A stretch of 64,000 nucleotides of DNA from Octopus sinensis (GCF_006345805.1 NC_043004.1:46004001-46068000); one strand, 5' to 3'. Numbered from the stretch's first letter, positions 14,497 to 27,285 are shown. The notes: generated by a model not told the origin, from the letters alone. A program made the numbers and translations.

Positions 14497-14612
14497 CCTG
14501 CTCACTTAGCCAGCGGGGTGGCGTCGTTCGAAGGCCAAAACAATGCGAACGCATTGTGACCAGCGATGTGTAACTACATCTGATGGACTGGTCGGTCACA
14601 TGATCACGTGAT
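14493..14612 (+). mobile_element. Short interspersed repeat 3' fragment embedded in (TA)n
   Basis: GC-richer island ending ggtcacatgatcacgtga between TA tracts; resembles an abundant octopus repeat (from recall, unverified). Confidence 0.5.
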
Positions 14613-14637
14613 ATATATATATGTGCGTGTGTGTGTA

Positions 14638-14668
<31 letters not shown>

Positions 14669-15340
14669 ATGTATGTATGTATGTATGTATGTATGTATGT
14701 ATGTATGTATGTATGTATGAATATGTATGTATGTATGCGGTGCAAACATAGCTTCTTCGTAACTATTTCTCTATATCTGTTGTTGGCATGTGATATACTT
14801 GAGTATTAAGTTTTGAAAGTCTCATGCTATATTAGACTTAACGTCCAGTGAAAAAAAGTGTGAAACATATGAACTCTTTTGTTTTAGGAAATGAATTTTA
14901 AGGTCATTAGGCGTTTATCTCTTTGAAGTGTTTATTGGAAAAGTACTATTGTAGCAAGGGCGTGCCTTATCAGGTATCAACATATTACTGGAAGACAGAG
15001 TGGACATTCTTCTGCTAATGTCGCCTATGAGTTTCTAAACTGTTGTTAGTGGCCGATAGTGGTATTGTCCTTCATCAATATAATAAAATTAATTTGTAGT
15101 GGGTTTGCTAAACGGTTAATATAATCAAGTTGTTATGTTGTGTGTAACACGAATAAAATTGGTGGATATAATTAATTTAATGATGAAAGTCATATGCGTG
15201 TGAATGAACAAACCCTCACATATATACGTAAACACATAAATGCATACAAGCGTACACTACAGATATTCACAGATAAGTATGTATGTAATGTATGTACAGA
15301 CGTATGTATGTGTGAACGTATGCATGTATGTATGTGTCTG

Positions 15341-15371
<31 letters not shown>

Positions 15372-15384
15372 TATATATAACGTA

Positions 15385-15421
<37 letters not shown>

Positions 15422-15670
15422 ATAATAACAACAATAATATAAGTGGTCAGCAAATATTAAAACCAGAAAAACAAATTTATAAATTTATAATTAACTATCA
15501 GACATAATTGAGAGTAGACGAAGTGCCTGCGGTGCTAGAAATAAGAGTCGTAAAATACTCAAATAAGCCACCATTTCACTGAAAGTACCACAGGCTGACG
15601 AAAATCGAGGGACGTGCAAAATCCAACTTAACATTGCGGCTGAAAGGCTCAAATGAGGGTCACAGATAGT

Positions 15671-15725
15671 CCTATGTCACGAGATTTCGAACTTTGTTAT
15701 ATTTCCCTTAGTTCTCATCAGTAGG
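15671..15725 (-). ncRNA. Minimal hammerhead ribozyme motif with a variant cleavage triplet
   Basis: Minus strand: CCUA-CUGAUGA-GAACU-(16 nt)-AGUUC-GAAA-UC-ucgu-GA-CA-UAGG. Stems I and II are perfect; position 16.1 is C instead of U. Confidence 0.7.
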
Positions 15726-15825
15726 CCTCGCTGGTAGTTGTGGTTGAAATTTAAGTTCGTTCGTCACGTCTATGTCAAAATCACTGATAGCCCAGCGCTA
15801 AATTCAAAAGATATCGGTATATATA

Positions 15826-16043
15826 TATTTCTTTACTGCCCACAAGGGGCTAAACATAGAGGGGACAAACAAGGACAAAGGAATCACAATGACCCCACTT
15901 GCAAAACTGGTACCTTATTTATCGACCCCGAAAGGATGAAAGGCAAAGTCGACCTCGGCGGAATTTGAACTCAGAACATAACGACAGACGAAATACCGCT
16001 AAACATTTCGCCCGGCGCGCTAATGTTTCTGCCAGCTCGCCAC
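15826..16043 (-). mobile_element. tRNA-related SINE (abundant Octopus-type family)
   Basis: Minus strand ggcgagctggcagaaacattagc..gttctgagttcaaattccgccgaggtcgactttgcctttcatcctttcggggtcgataaa with B box GAGTTCAAATTCC; near-identical to copies at 37630-38042. Confidence 0.88.
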
Positions 16044-16146
16044 CAAGATATTGGTATATAATCACACATAAATAAATAACGATATTATTATTGATAATAA
16101 ATAGTAACAACAATAATATAAGTGGCCAACAAGCATTATCTATACA

Positions 16147-17395
16147 TACGAGGTGAATTCAAAAAATATTCAACCTTTGGGTGTTAAGAGAAAACAACTT
16201 TGTACGTTTCACGAATTTTATTTAATTTCAAAATTCTCCACATGGGTGTTCGCACATTTTCCTGCGATTCTGCCACTGCTGGTAACACACCTGGAACGCT
16301 TTCTCTGGAATAGTATCAAGCTCTGCTATCTCTGTTATCAAAATTCCCTCCCGTGACTCAGCTTCCCTTTCGGTGTGGTTTTCAGATTGTGAAAGAGTCA
16401 ACAGTCAAACGCTGCCAAATCAGAAGGGTACGAGATCTATCGGATAACCTGTGTGCTGTTCTTGATCAGGAAAACTTGGATTACGTGTGCAGAATGAGAG
16501 GGGGTATTTTTGTGTTAAAGTTACCAATTCGTCGCCGCCCATGCGTCCGGCCATTTTCGACACAGCTTCTCGATCATGACATATAACCTCCAGGTAATAT
16601 TCCTTATTAATATTGTTTGGTATTGCGGGGGGCATATTAACGATGTTCAGTACTACGGGAGTCAAAGAAGCAGGTCAAAATTATCTGCACATCGCTGTCA
16701 ATTTCTCATGCATTTGGGGGCTTATTGATCGGGGATGCTTCCATTAGGAGGACTGGAACTTGGTTTACGGGGCGTAACCATAAACCCATGTCTTATCTCC
16801 AGGGGCGATGGGCTTTATAAAATCTAAGCCATGGTTTCCTCAGTTCAGCATGTTCTGAGCGATTTCCATGCGGAGTTGCCTCTGCTGCTCAACCTGATCA
16901 TTCCTTGAACATTTTTTCGTGCACAATTCTTACGTTAAAATGGAATGTATAGATGTTGGGCTTCTTTACACTTCGTGAGTAATTTTTTGGTTTGTCACAC
17001 GACGGTCTGCCATGATTATTCGCCGAAACTTCGTAATCGGCTCCTTGTTTCGACTCGTGGATGGCCTACCTGAGTGTACCTCACGTTTCTCTGAAGTGCG
17101 ATCATTTTTGAAGTGGTTTCCCCACTCACTAATCTAAGTTTTGCTCATGGCATCCTCACGATAGATATTTTGAGCTTCAATACCACGAAAAAGTTCGCAA
17201 AACGTGATACAATATCTCTGCTCGATGTCTTCGGTCATCTTGCGCTACAAGTCTGAACTCTAAACATAACAGCCTATAACCGACGCAGTCTGCCAGAACA
17301 AACATTTTCTCGCAGGAGGAGTGGAGTCACTCACCATCCAAAGGATTTTGTCCGTGCATTATTAGTTTTGAATGGCAAATATTAAGTCGGATACA
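16147..17395 (-). mobile_element. Decayed mariner element of a second subfamily
   Basis: Terminus TA-CGAGGTGAATTCAAAAAATATTCAAC with a partial partner aagtcggatac at ~17385. Minus frames include INKEYYLEV and a PYSPDL-like stretch (TGYPIDLVPF). Confidence 0.8.
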
Positions 17396-18394
17396 TACAT
17401 GTTTGCACGACTATAGTACAAGTAATGTTTTAGATTCAGGTTGGATTGAATCAACTCCCCAGGCTTGCAATGTGCCTTAAGCATGTCACAATACCTGCAT
17501 CTATATGATTAATATTACACCGTTTGTATGATGTCACGTGAACATCAGGTCATTTATTACTATGTAGTAGAATGTCTTATGTATCCAGGTTTTAAATGTT
17601 ACATCCTCTTGAAATTTAACTTGAAATTACTTTCAATTGCTTCAGGGTGTTCTTTTCCGAAAATGTTGCCAGGCACATTACAACAAATATTATATACATG
17701 ACTAGAAATATATTACGGTAGATATGTACGTGTGTATGCGAAAATATGTAAACATTTGTTTATGTAAGTGCATTAACACGTACACTCCTTCTGACACAAA
17801 AGGATATTGAATTACCTCCACAATACTTATTAGTGGCAAAGTACACACAATCACTCAACGGACAAATACAGTACACAGAAATGAATTATAAAAGTAAGAA
17901 ACCTTTAACCATTAACCAATTTCAAATCTGGGGATGATGATTTTACAAGTGACACCGAGATTCCTATGTGGCTCTGTGGTGTAAAATGAAAGTGCTATAT
18001 CTAACACGTATACTGTCATTTCATTCAGAAGGTGAGATCTCGAATATCTTGGAAGTTTAAAAGAATTAAGAACCGTATTGTTCAAAACAACTAATAAGCA
18101 GATATGAGCCAACATTTTTTACGGTTGTGACTTCGTTATAATAGATTAGAAGGAAAATGTTACATACACACAGGCACGCAACACATACACACACACACAC
18201 AGATAGAGAGAGAGGAGGAGGAGGGAGAGAGGGAGAGAGAGAAGCGATAGAGAGTGGAGAGAGAATGAGAGACAGAGAGAGATATAGAAAGATAAAACCA
18301 TTCCCTATATATATAATCTCTGTTGGAGATTTATTTTTTAATCACTACAAATGTTTCTACGCAACCTAGTTCTCCAAGCTAACTTAACTATATA

Positions 18395-18715
18395 CGAGTT
18401 GAGACCCCCTTCGGTCATGAAGGGCCATGGGATTGCACCTAGAAAGTTACCCTCCGAGGCACAAATCTGGACAAGGTTATTTTATGGAAGAACAGCAGTC
18501 GCCCATGCATACCAGCCACCGACGTTACCCAAGGGAAAGGCAAAGGCTGATACAGCTTGGCACCAGTGACGTCGCAACTCATTTCTACAGCTGAGTGAAC
18601 TGGAGCAACGTGAAATAAAGTGTCTTACTCAAGAACTCAACACGCGGTCAGTTCCGGTAATCGAACTCACAACCTCACGATCGTAAGCCCGACTCTTTAA
18701 ACACTGAGCCATGCA
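18395..18715 (-). mobile_element. tRNA-derived SINE with a CORE-like central domain
   Basis: Minus-strand head gcatggctcagtg..(A box)..gtgagttcgattacc (B box), followed by gtgttg..ttgagtaagacactttatttcacgttgctccagttcactcagctgta. Confidence 0.85.
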
Positions 18716-19026
18716 TCACAATGCATCAGAAGAAATACACATTATATATTAGCACACGCAAACTCAGACATAAATATACACACATAAGCATGTATGTTTA
18801 TGCATGTATATCTTAATAGGCAGGGTTGATATTTGCAAGATATAAAAGTCGCTAAACTTGGAACCCAACAGTTGATTCGAAGCATTTCAGTATTCCGTTG
18901 CTGCCCATCTCGTCTATTATGTATCCGTTTTACGCCAAGGGAAGAGACGGGAGGAAGAAATTATTATCATTAATGCTATTGTTGTCGCTGACATGGTTGT
19001 TATTTACTTATTTATTATTATTATCA

Positions 19027-19057
<31 letters not shown>

Positions 19058-19087
19058 CATCATCATCATCATTATTATTATTATTAT

Positions 19088-19128
<41 letters not shown>

Positions 19129-21091
19129 TTATTATTGTTATTATCAGCATCATTGTTGTTGTTGTTGTTTTTGTTGGTGTTGTTGTTACTGTTGTTATTT
19201 TTTATTACCATTGTTATTATTGTACTTGTATTTGGTATTGTTGTTTTCGTTGTTGTAATATGAAGCTTATGCCAGTTATTTCCGTTTTTTTTGTTTGTTT
19301 GCTGTTGTTGTTTTTTCTTCTCTTCAACACCACTGTCATTATTCCACTTTTTTTTTATATTATCATCAATTCTCTGTGATCATAATCATCGCCCTTAGTG
19401 TTTTGTAGTGAGTCCTTTTTTCGTTACTTTAATACTTTTTTGTTATTCTTCAGTTAGTGTTGTTATCAATAGCCATTCATAACACGTGATAGGTAGCAAC
19501 TCTTATCAGTATCCTTTCTTTTTCTTTTTTCTTTCTGGTATAAGTTTATTATTTTTTTTTGTTTGTTTTTGTTTTAGCTGTATTTTATATGTTCGAGAGT
19601 ATCATACCCTCTCGCAGATTCTCTGCAAATAAAATAATAAATTGACGCCTTTTGTGTCAGTATAGTAATGGACAAAAAATTATAAAACGAAAGAAATAAA
19701 TGAAAATGAAGTGACAACTAACTCTGCACTGAAACTCGCGAATATAGCTGACCAATCAAAGGATGAGAATGGGAATTAGACCTCAGACATTTGGCCTTAG
19801 TAATCAATAATGTGAAGGACACATTTTCATATTTTATTATATTTTGTACATTATACCTATTTATGTCTTTATTTCTTTTTGTTGTGTCTCAATGATTTTT
19901 TTTTCTCTCTTCTGATGAATGACGTTTGATGGATATTCTATGGAGATAGCATTCTGGTGGAAAAGAAAAGAAAACGAAAAACTGAAAGAGCAGCCGCAGC
20001 AAAATCAGCAGCAGTAGCAGCAGTAATATCACCTAGTAACACTAAAGGAAAACAAATGATGCATTCGATAAGTTTTATTCATTGAGTAGTGTTGTTTTTA
20101 ACAAAGCAACTAGTCACTTTTATATTATATTTATGTGTATTTCTTCACTTAATACCATCACAATCTTCCTCCGCAGAGGAAATCGCTGCCAATATTAACA
20201 TTAACGCCATTAACATTATCAATACAAACACAACCACTGTCAACAGTTTCATCGATATGAAGAAGAAAAAAAAGCATCTATGGGGAAGATCTAACAGTTA
20301 GAAATAGCAACCCTCTTAAACCAAACAGCTGTGTTGAGAAATGGAGTGACAGATTGGATAATGCAGACCTAAATGTACAATGTCTGAATAAAAGATGGAT
20401 TAGTCACACCTAATGGGTCTTTGACTGTAGGTCTGCGAGCTTAAGGTCGCTAAACAGCAATAAAAGTAACAAAAGTAACAATACTACCGATGGCTAGCTA
20501 CTTCATCGTATGTTTTTCTGTTATGAATACTTCAAAGGTTACTAAGATTTTAGCAAGGAAACACTTCCATTGTTTTAATATATTTTTATTGCAGAAATCT
20601 TCTGTTTAATATATAGAGGTGGCAGGGACAGTTCATGCATAATTAGGGAGGCGATTGTTATATTACGTTACAAGGTTAATTACGGTACCACCAGCGAAAG
20701 TGTACAATGTTGGGAAGAATAGAAGAGGGTATACAACTATGTGCATCAAACGTACTTGTAGCATAACCAACAGCACTACAGTAAGAATAACAATCGAAAA
20801 GGATAATTATGTTAGGTGGAATACAAAAGCATGATCATGGTCAAAGAATGCCACCACTTTCTTCGTGACCATAAAAATCTGAACCCGAAGACATTCTATA
20901 GAATTAGCAACTCATCACACTCTACCATTCTTGTGTATAAGAAAAAATAACAATGTACATACGTATGCATGTATATATGTATATATATATAAACATGTAT
21001 ATAACCTATATATATGTATGTATATATATATTTATATATGTATATATATATACATATTTATATATGTATGCATATGTATGTATATATAAGC

Positions 21092-21154
<63 letters not shown>

Positions 21155-21169
21155 GTGAAACAACTACAG

Positions 21170-22460
21170 AAGCCTTGTGTTATCAGGTTAAAGAATACAT
21201 TTAAGTCGTTATGTTAGGAAAACTATTATAAAATTTTGTGTATAGTAACATAGTTTTGGGAGAAATAACCGGTTTCGTATTTTCTTTTCAAATTTCTCAA
21301 ATGTCTTTACCTACATCGTGTCATGTTTTCGCTATGAAATGAAGAGTTCCAAGCAGTGGAAGGTTATCAGGGATTTCTTCCGGTATAAGGGAAATAATTG
21401 CTTTATATTTTTTCAATGAGATGAGTGTCCTTGTAAAAAAATGTTGGAAATGGTTAAGTTTTGGTTTATATTTTTCAATGAAGAATGCGTCCTTGTTTGA
21501 TCTAATTTGTGTTGGTGTTTCAATAGCACATTGATAGAATGGAAAGATTAAAGATTGTGGTAGTAGTTGCTTTGCGCATTTCTCAATATGTTCACTAAAG
21601 TGTATCATTCTGTATTCTGGGAATGCAATCTGTTGTCGATGCAGAGTGCATCTGCGTCTGAGCGATAATCCCGTGGACCGTATGCAGTTTTGGTGGCATC
21701 CCGAGCATCTTCTGACCCAAATTAGGTTTTCTGAAATACAAGTAAAATTAGATTTGATCTTGAATTGTGTCCCTCTTTGAAGAAGAAGTCTGATCTTCCT
21801 AGAAGGTTTGGGCATGTTGCGCAGTTTGGTCTACCACATTTTTTTTACTTTTGCATCCGTTATTTCAGAAAACAATTTTGCCTTTGTGAGGATCTTTTTT
21901 AGTGATTTAGGTTGTTTGTAGCTTTTAATGATTTTATGTATTTTAGAATTTCCTTTAATTTGGGGTCCTTATGAAGCATTGATACATTCTACGTGATGAT
22001 GGTGAAGACTTCTTTGCTTCTGGGGATGTATGTGAGGCAGTATTTTCGGGGAAGGTGTGTTGCTGTGTTGAACTTTTCTTAAGGATTCTATGTCGATTTC
22101 CGTTGCATGTCTGATTCCATCCTCTATGAGTTGGACTGGGTAGTGTTTGTCAATTAGAGTGTTTTTGAGTTCTTGCAGTCTAAAGTTTCCGGTATTTTGT
22201 TCTGACACTATTGTGCATATCCTTCTTGCAAGGTTGAAAGGGATGTTTGTTTTAGTGTGTCTTGGGTGGCATGAAATCAAAAGGTAGTTATTGTTTGGCG
22301 TCTGTCGTTTTGTAAAATATATCTGTTTCTATTTTCAGGTTAATCTTTTTAATTAGTATATCAAGAACTCAAAAATACCATAATTGACAGACACTACCCA
22401 GTTCACCTCATAGAGGACGGAATCAGACGTGCAACAGAAAACGACATAGAAACTTTATAT
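21170..22460 (-). mobile_element. Penelope-like element 3' half: RT thumb plus GIY-YIG endonuclease, with a short 5' inversion
   Basis: ORF 21969-22280 has SCHPRHTKTNIPFNLARRICTIVS; CGRPNCATCP linker; ORF 21321-21815 has NFTCISENLIWV..CSGCHQNCIRSTGLSLRRRCTLHRQQI (degenerate GIY-YIG). 22365-22457 is an inverted copy of ~22080-22172. Confidence 0.9.
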
Positions 22461-23065
22461 TCTCTATTCGCTATTATAGATGTTAATCTTTTATATATGG
22501 TGGTAAGGCATGTTATGGGTCAGTAATTTGGTGGGTTAGTAGTTTCTTTTGTTTTCGGTAAGAGATATGTAATCCCTTTGGTAAGCCACTTGCGGGATTT
22601 GGCAGGGCTGGACATAACTTCATTGAGTGCTACGGCTAAATTGTGGTGGGTGTTAATTAAAGAGTTTAACCAAAAATTTGGAATCTTAACAATACCTGAA
22701 GATTTCCATTTCTTTGACTTGGTGAGCGCCGCTTTCACTTCTTCAGTTGTGAATATCTGCCATTCTTGATATTTGAGGTGGGCATTGACCCCTTCTATGT
22801 CTCTGACCAAATGTGCATTCTGTTTAAACTCCTTTGGATTAGTCCAAATATCTTTCACAATATTTTCAGTTTGCTGCTGGAGAGGAGTTTTCACCATAAT
22901 GGTATTTCCTCCCAGTTCCCTGTAGAATTCATCTGCGTTCTCCTTGAATATTATGTTTTGTCTATGGAATGCTGAACGTTTTTTGTATCTTTTTTTTGTA
23001 TTTTTCGTGGAAAGGTCGATATAGTTTTATTAGATATTGTTCTAGTATTCCATCTAACAGTTCAC

Positions 23066-23134
<69 letters not shown>

Positions 23135-23630
23135 AGTCGTTTGGTTTTTAATTGTAGTTTTTGTTTGAGTATTTCAATCTGTGTATCCTTCGTTTTCTTG
23201 TAAAGGTCAGGTTTAGCAATTATTCTTATTAGTTTGTTGGATGTATTAGTTTTCCCTTTGCTTGCTTCAAGTAGAAAAGATATATCTACTCTTAGCTGGA
23301 TTATTGAGACGTTTTATTCTTTCCATCCATGCAGGCTGTTTCTATACATTGCTTTTTTGTGTATCTCTAACTTTAATACCGCATTTCTGAGTTGCAAAAT
23401 AAGCAGCTGAGTAAATGAATTGATCAATCACTCCGAGGGCATTTTCTCTACTATTCTCAAGTTGTCGTATCAGCTTTTTAAGTGCTTCATGAACTTCTTT
23501 TGATTACTTTTGTGTTCTGAATAGTATTAATGATTTTGGGAAGTGGGGCTCTTTCGTGGAAAGGTCGATGTAGTTTTATTAGATATTGTTCTAGTATTCC
23601 ATCTAACAGTTCAGTATTATTATTATTATC
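22460..23630 (-). mobile_element. R4/Dong-clade retrotransposon fragment (N-terminal region to start of RT), cut by the PLE
   Basis: ORF 22520-22897 has EEVKAAL..KKWKSSGIVKIPNFWL..WLTKGITYLLPKTKETTNPPNY*PITCLTTIYK. The 5' side abuts (TTA)n. Confidence 0.88.
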
Positions 23631-23684
23631 AGTATTATTATTATTATTATTATTATATTATTATTATTATTATTATTATTATTA

Positions 23685-23717
<33 letters not shown>

Positions 23718-23815
23718 TATTATTATTATTATTGTTGTTGTTGTTGCTGTTATTATGATTATGATTATTATTATTGTTGTTGTTAGTATGATTATTATTA
23801 TTATTATTATTATTA

Positions 23816-23889
<74 letters not shown>

Positions 23890-23909
23890 TATTATTATTG
23901 TTGATAATC

Positions 23910-24540
23910 TGAATTCTTCTAATGCAATTATGAAAAAAGCAGTGGAAAAAATTACCTGGAAGAGCCCTATGATATCCTCTTCAGTTATTACAAAAGCTAA
24001 CGTGAGGTATCAAAGCACAAACTCCAAAGACTGCCTTGCTGTCAGTCCCAATAAATTTCATGGAAACAATTTCCAGCAGGATTTTTAAAAGAAAAAAGAT
24101 TACATCAGTTTGCAATGGAGCTGACCAAACGAAATGTGAAAGCGAAAATTGATGCAAATATCAGAAAAGGAAATTATGAAGTGTTGGTTCAAGTCATGCA
24201 AGAAAGACTGCCAAGTACCGATAGAACAAAAGCAGATGACCTCAATAGAGAAGTAAAGTGTCGTAAAAATGGGTTTGGTGGATTAAATACGAGAGAAATA
24301 CTTCTAGAAGCAAAGTCAATACTTTGAGAGAAAAATAAGACATTTGCAAATGTGGTAAACACTGATAGCCAATGTGCCTTATGTGTTGAAGTCTTGAAGT
24401 TGAAAGCTAAGAAACAGCTGCACTGTGGTCATAGTTTCCATGATGAGTGTATCATGGCTTGGGTGCGTCGGCATGAAAGATCTCATCCAACTCGTGCAGA
24501 GTTTGTATTGTTTCCTGAAGAATTTCCTAAACTTTCATGA
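23910..24540 (+). pseudogene. Intronless pseudogene fragment of a C-terminal RING-H2 E3 ligase (DZIP3/TTC3-like)
   Basis: ORFs 24115-24327 and 24352-24540 share a frame, split by one TGA. NYEVLVQVMQERLP..EVK..GFGGL..EI precedes CALC..L.CGHSFHDECI..W..ERSHPTR.EFVLFPEEFPKL*. The last two RING cysteines are lost. Confidence 0.78.
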
Positions 24541-24542
24541 GT

Positions 24543-24735
24543 TCACATTATTTACATTATTTACAATTGACGAAATATTTGTCCTCATCTTCTTTGTTGT
24601 TCACACAACGTTTCAGCTGATATACCCGCCAGCCTTCATCAGGTGTCTTGGGGTATTTTCCAGCCTGGGCTCTCATTCCTAAGGTATTTTTCGATGTTGT
24701 TGTAGTTGCTGTTGTTGTTGTTGTTGTTGTTATTA

Positions 24736-24824
<89 letters not shown>

Positions 24825-24920
24825 TTCATCATTATTATTATTATTATTCATGTCAGTGCCTGGAATCGAACTCGGAATCTTGGGGTTATCAGCTCGTGCT
24901 CTTCCCCACTACGCCACGTA
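24543..24920 (-). mobile_element. Composite SINE: tRNA-like head, (AAT/AAC)n spacer, hammerhead-containing tail
   Basis: A box TGGCGTAGTGG (24916-24906), B box GAGTTCGATTCC (24873-24862), microsatellite ~24695-24848, tail 24543-24695 ending in tgtaaataa repeats. The tail recurs at 32122-32264. Confidence 0.75.
24603..24646 (-). ncRNA. Minimal hammerhead ribozyme motif in the SINE tail
   Basis: ACAC-CUGAUGA-a-GGCUG-(10 nt)-CAGCU-GAAAC-GUU-GUGU; loopless palindromic stem III (AACGUU) implies dimeric folding. Confidence 0.7.
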
Positions 24921-25466
24921 TAGAAGTATTTCTTGAGTTTGTTTTGTAAGCTGTTCTCTGCTTGTGGGCAGACTTTACTTCACATTAATTTAGACGCTTT
25001 ATCTTGTTCATAATTTACAATGGTATTCCTCCTGCTGAGTACGATATTTTAACACCACAACTCGCTTGCTCCCTTTTGCCATCCCTGTTTCACTATCTTC
25101 GACAGTTACTACAAGGGCTGAAACTGTTGCATTAGCAACTTAATATAAGACTAATTCTTGGTAGTCTTAATTCTCGATTTATAATTCCATTTGAGCATGA
25201 TGTTTTGGGTTTTTTTTTCTCTCAGCTGAAAGACGAGAGCCTCACTGCCTGTACTTGTTGTTTCTCAAACGTCCTCTCTTTATCATTGCTATTTTCCAAT
25301 GATAGTCAAGCTTTCAGCTAAAGATTAGCTAAATGTAGTTATCGAAAAGTTTTGGTTAGCTACCAACTACATATTTATAACTCTCTCCTCCTTTGAATGA
25401 TTTTACGGTCTGGCCATCTGGTAATTGGATGCCTTCACATTTCCCTACCTGTCACCTTCTCATGAC

Positions 25467-25538
<72 letters not shown>

Positions 25539-25555
25539 TATTATTATTATTATTA

Positions 25556-25597
<42 letters not shown>

Positions 25598-25614
25598 TAT
25601 TATTATTATTATTA

Positions 25615-25645
<31 letters not shown>

Positions 25646-25649
25646 AGTA

Positions 25650-26075
25650 AGCCCTATAATAGATACATATTGAAAAGAAAAACGGGAAAAGAGCACTAAA
25701 TATCTTGAAATGCCTAAAATGTTAACAAGAACCAAGATTATTAACAGAACAAAACTATTGTCTGTTTTCAAGAAAGCCAACAAACATGAAATAAAGACAG
25801 CTATAACGGATATATATTAAGAAAACTGAGAATTAACAACCGAATATAAAGCTAAAGTTGCGACTATGATAAATCGATGGGAAGAAAACGTCAGACATGA
25901 CCAATACTTTTAAAATGTAAACACAGTGGAAATAGACAAAAGAAAACTGACAGTGCTTCTGAGAAGTGCAGGATTCAAAGACGGATACTGATGTGTTATT
26001 GATTGTGTCGCAGGCAACACCAGTAATCTACACACATTCCAATGAAGAGTATGACAATTTAATGATTTAAAAATA
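25650..26075 (+). mobile_element. Highly decayed Dong-like fragment between TAA tracts
   Basis: Broken frames give RWEENVRHDQY..VEIDKRK..LLRSAGFK, matching the W.EK.LHGQY..WL...LK.ETE region of the 1457-2790 element type. Confidence 0.55.
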
Positions 26076-26107
26076 CTAGTAACAATAACAACAACAACAA
26101 CAACGAC

Positions 26108-26157
<50 letters not shown>

Positions 26158-26180
26158 TAATAATAATGATAATAATAATG

Positions 26181-26253
<73 letters not shown>

Positions 26254-26277
26254 TGATGATAATAATGATAATAATAA

Positions 26278-26830
26278 ATGCCCTGATGCAGTACCATGCA
26301 GTAGCTCTCATGGCTTCTGATCTTAACCGAATGGAAGTGTTATCATGTACATTGTTTTGTCTTGGTATAAAGGATGGATACAGCAAATATTCTGCTCAAT
26401 ACCACAGATCTGCTTGTCAGTTGTTTGAACATAACCAGTTGAGCATATCCCTTAATGGCTGACGATATGGGCATCTCTGATCACGAGCAGAAGCAGTGGG
26501 GGAGCATCATAGATATATGTTGAGAGGAGCGCTTTGGGTTTTTGGATAGTTCACATTTAGAAACATAGGTTTTTCGTCCAACATCTTTAAAGAACTCTTA
26601 TTGGGGTGCTTTTTGAGTGGGATGTGTTACTCAACATGAAGAAACTTCTGACCTGGCCCCGCTTGCAAGGCCACGCGCTTTTTATCTTGATATGAGATCA
26701 CCATGTCGCGCACATATGTTTGTGATGTATGTGCCTGTTGTACCCTTATCAGAGGTGTAGTCATGATGGGTATACGGGGCTTCGTATATTTTACCCCAGT
26801 GCCACTTTAATGGCATGCACTGCTCACTCA
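26278..26830 (+). mobile_element. Non-coding ~550 bp element inserted in (TAA)n, probable non-autonomous Dong partner
   Basis: Sharp boundaries with (TAA)n on both sides; no credible ORF; ends ..gcatgcactgctcactc-aatgataataa. Confidence 0.55.
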
Positions 26831-26833
26831 ATG

Positions 26834-26888
<55 letters not shown>

Positions 26889-26962
26889 GAAGAAGAAGAA
26901 GAAGAAGAAGAAGAATAAGAAGAAGAAGAAGAAGAAGAAGAAGAAAAATAATCTTAATAATG

Positions 26963-27019
<57 letters not shown>

Positions 27020-27022
<3 letters not shown>

Positions 27023-27285
27023 GCATGGACCGGAAAAATTCAAGATGTCCGAGTGCAGACACATACAGAATGCCGGTAGTTTATCGAGGAGTTGAAGACA
27101 AAGACAGTAGCAGTTAAATGCGCTACATAAGAACAAGCATTAAAGAAAACTATGGCTAGAATACGATGAACACCAAGATGAAGGAGAAAATCAGAACGGA
27201 GTACAATAGAAGCGTGAAGATGTTGTGTAAATCTAAGCTGGAAACAGACAACGTGATCAGTATGTATGAGATGTAATCATGGACT
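27020..27285 (+). mobile_element. Small decayed Dong-like RT fragment after a TAA tract
   Basis: KMKEKIRTEYNRSVKMLCKSKLETDNVI parallels KFKAEYMRRLRLILKSKLNGRN at ~1570-1635. Confidence 0.6.

Noticed and set aside
21260-21380. Possible hammerhead at the 3' end of the GIY-YIG PLE (agaaat..CTGATAA...GAAACCGGTT-atttct, minus)
   Set aside because: The position is plausible, but the core is mutated and no convincing stem II is visible; not counted.
24851-24920. Possible tRNA gene
   Set aside because: A and B boxes are present but there is no paired acceptor stem or terminator; treated as a SINE head. The same applies to the heads near 18640-18715 and 35160-35235.
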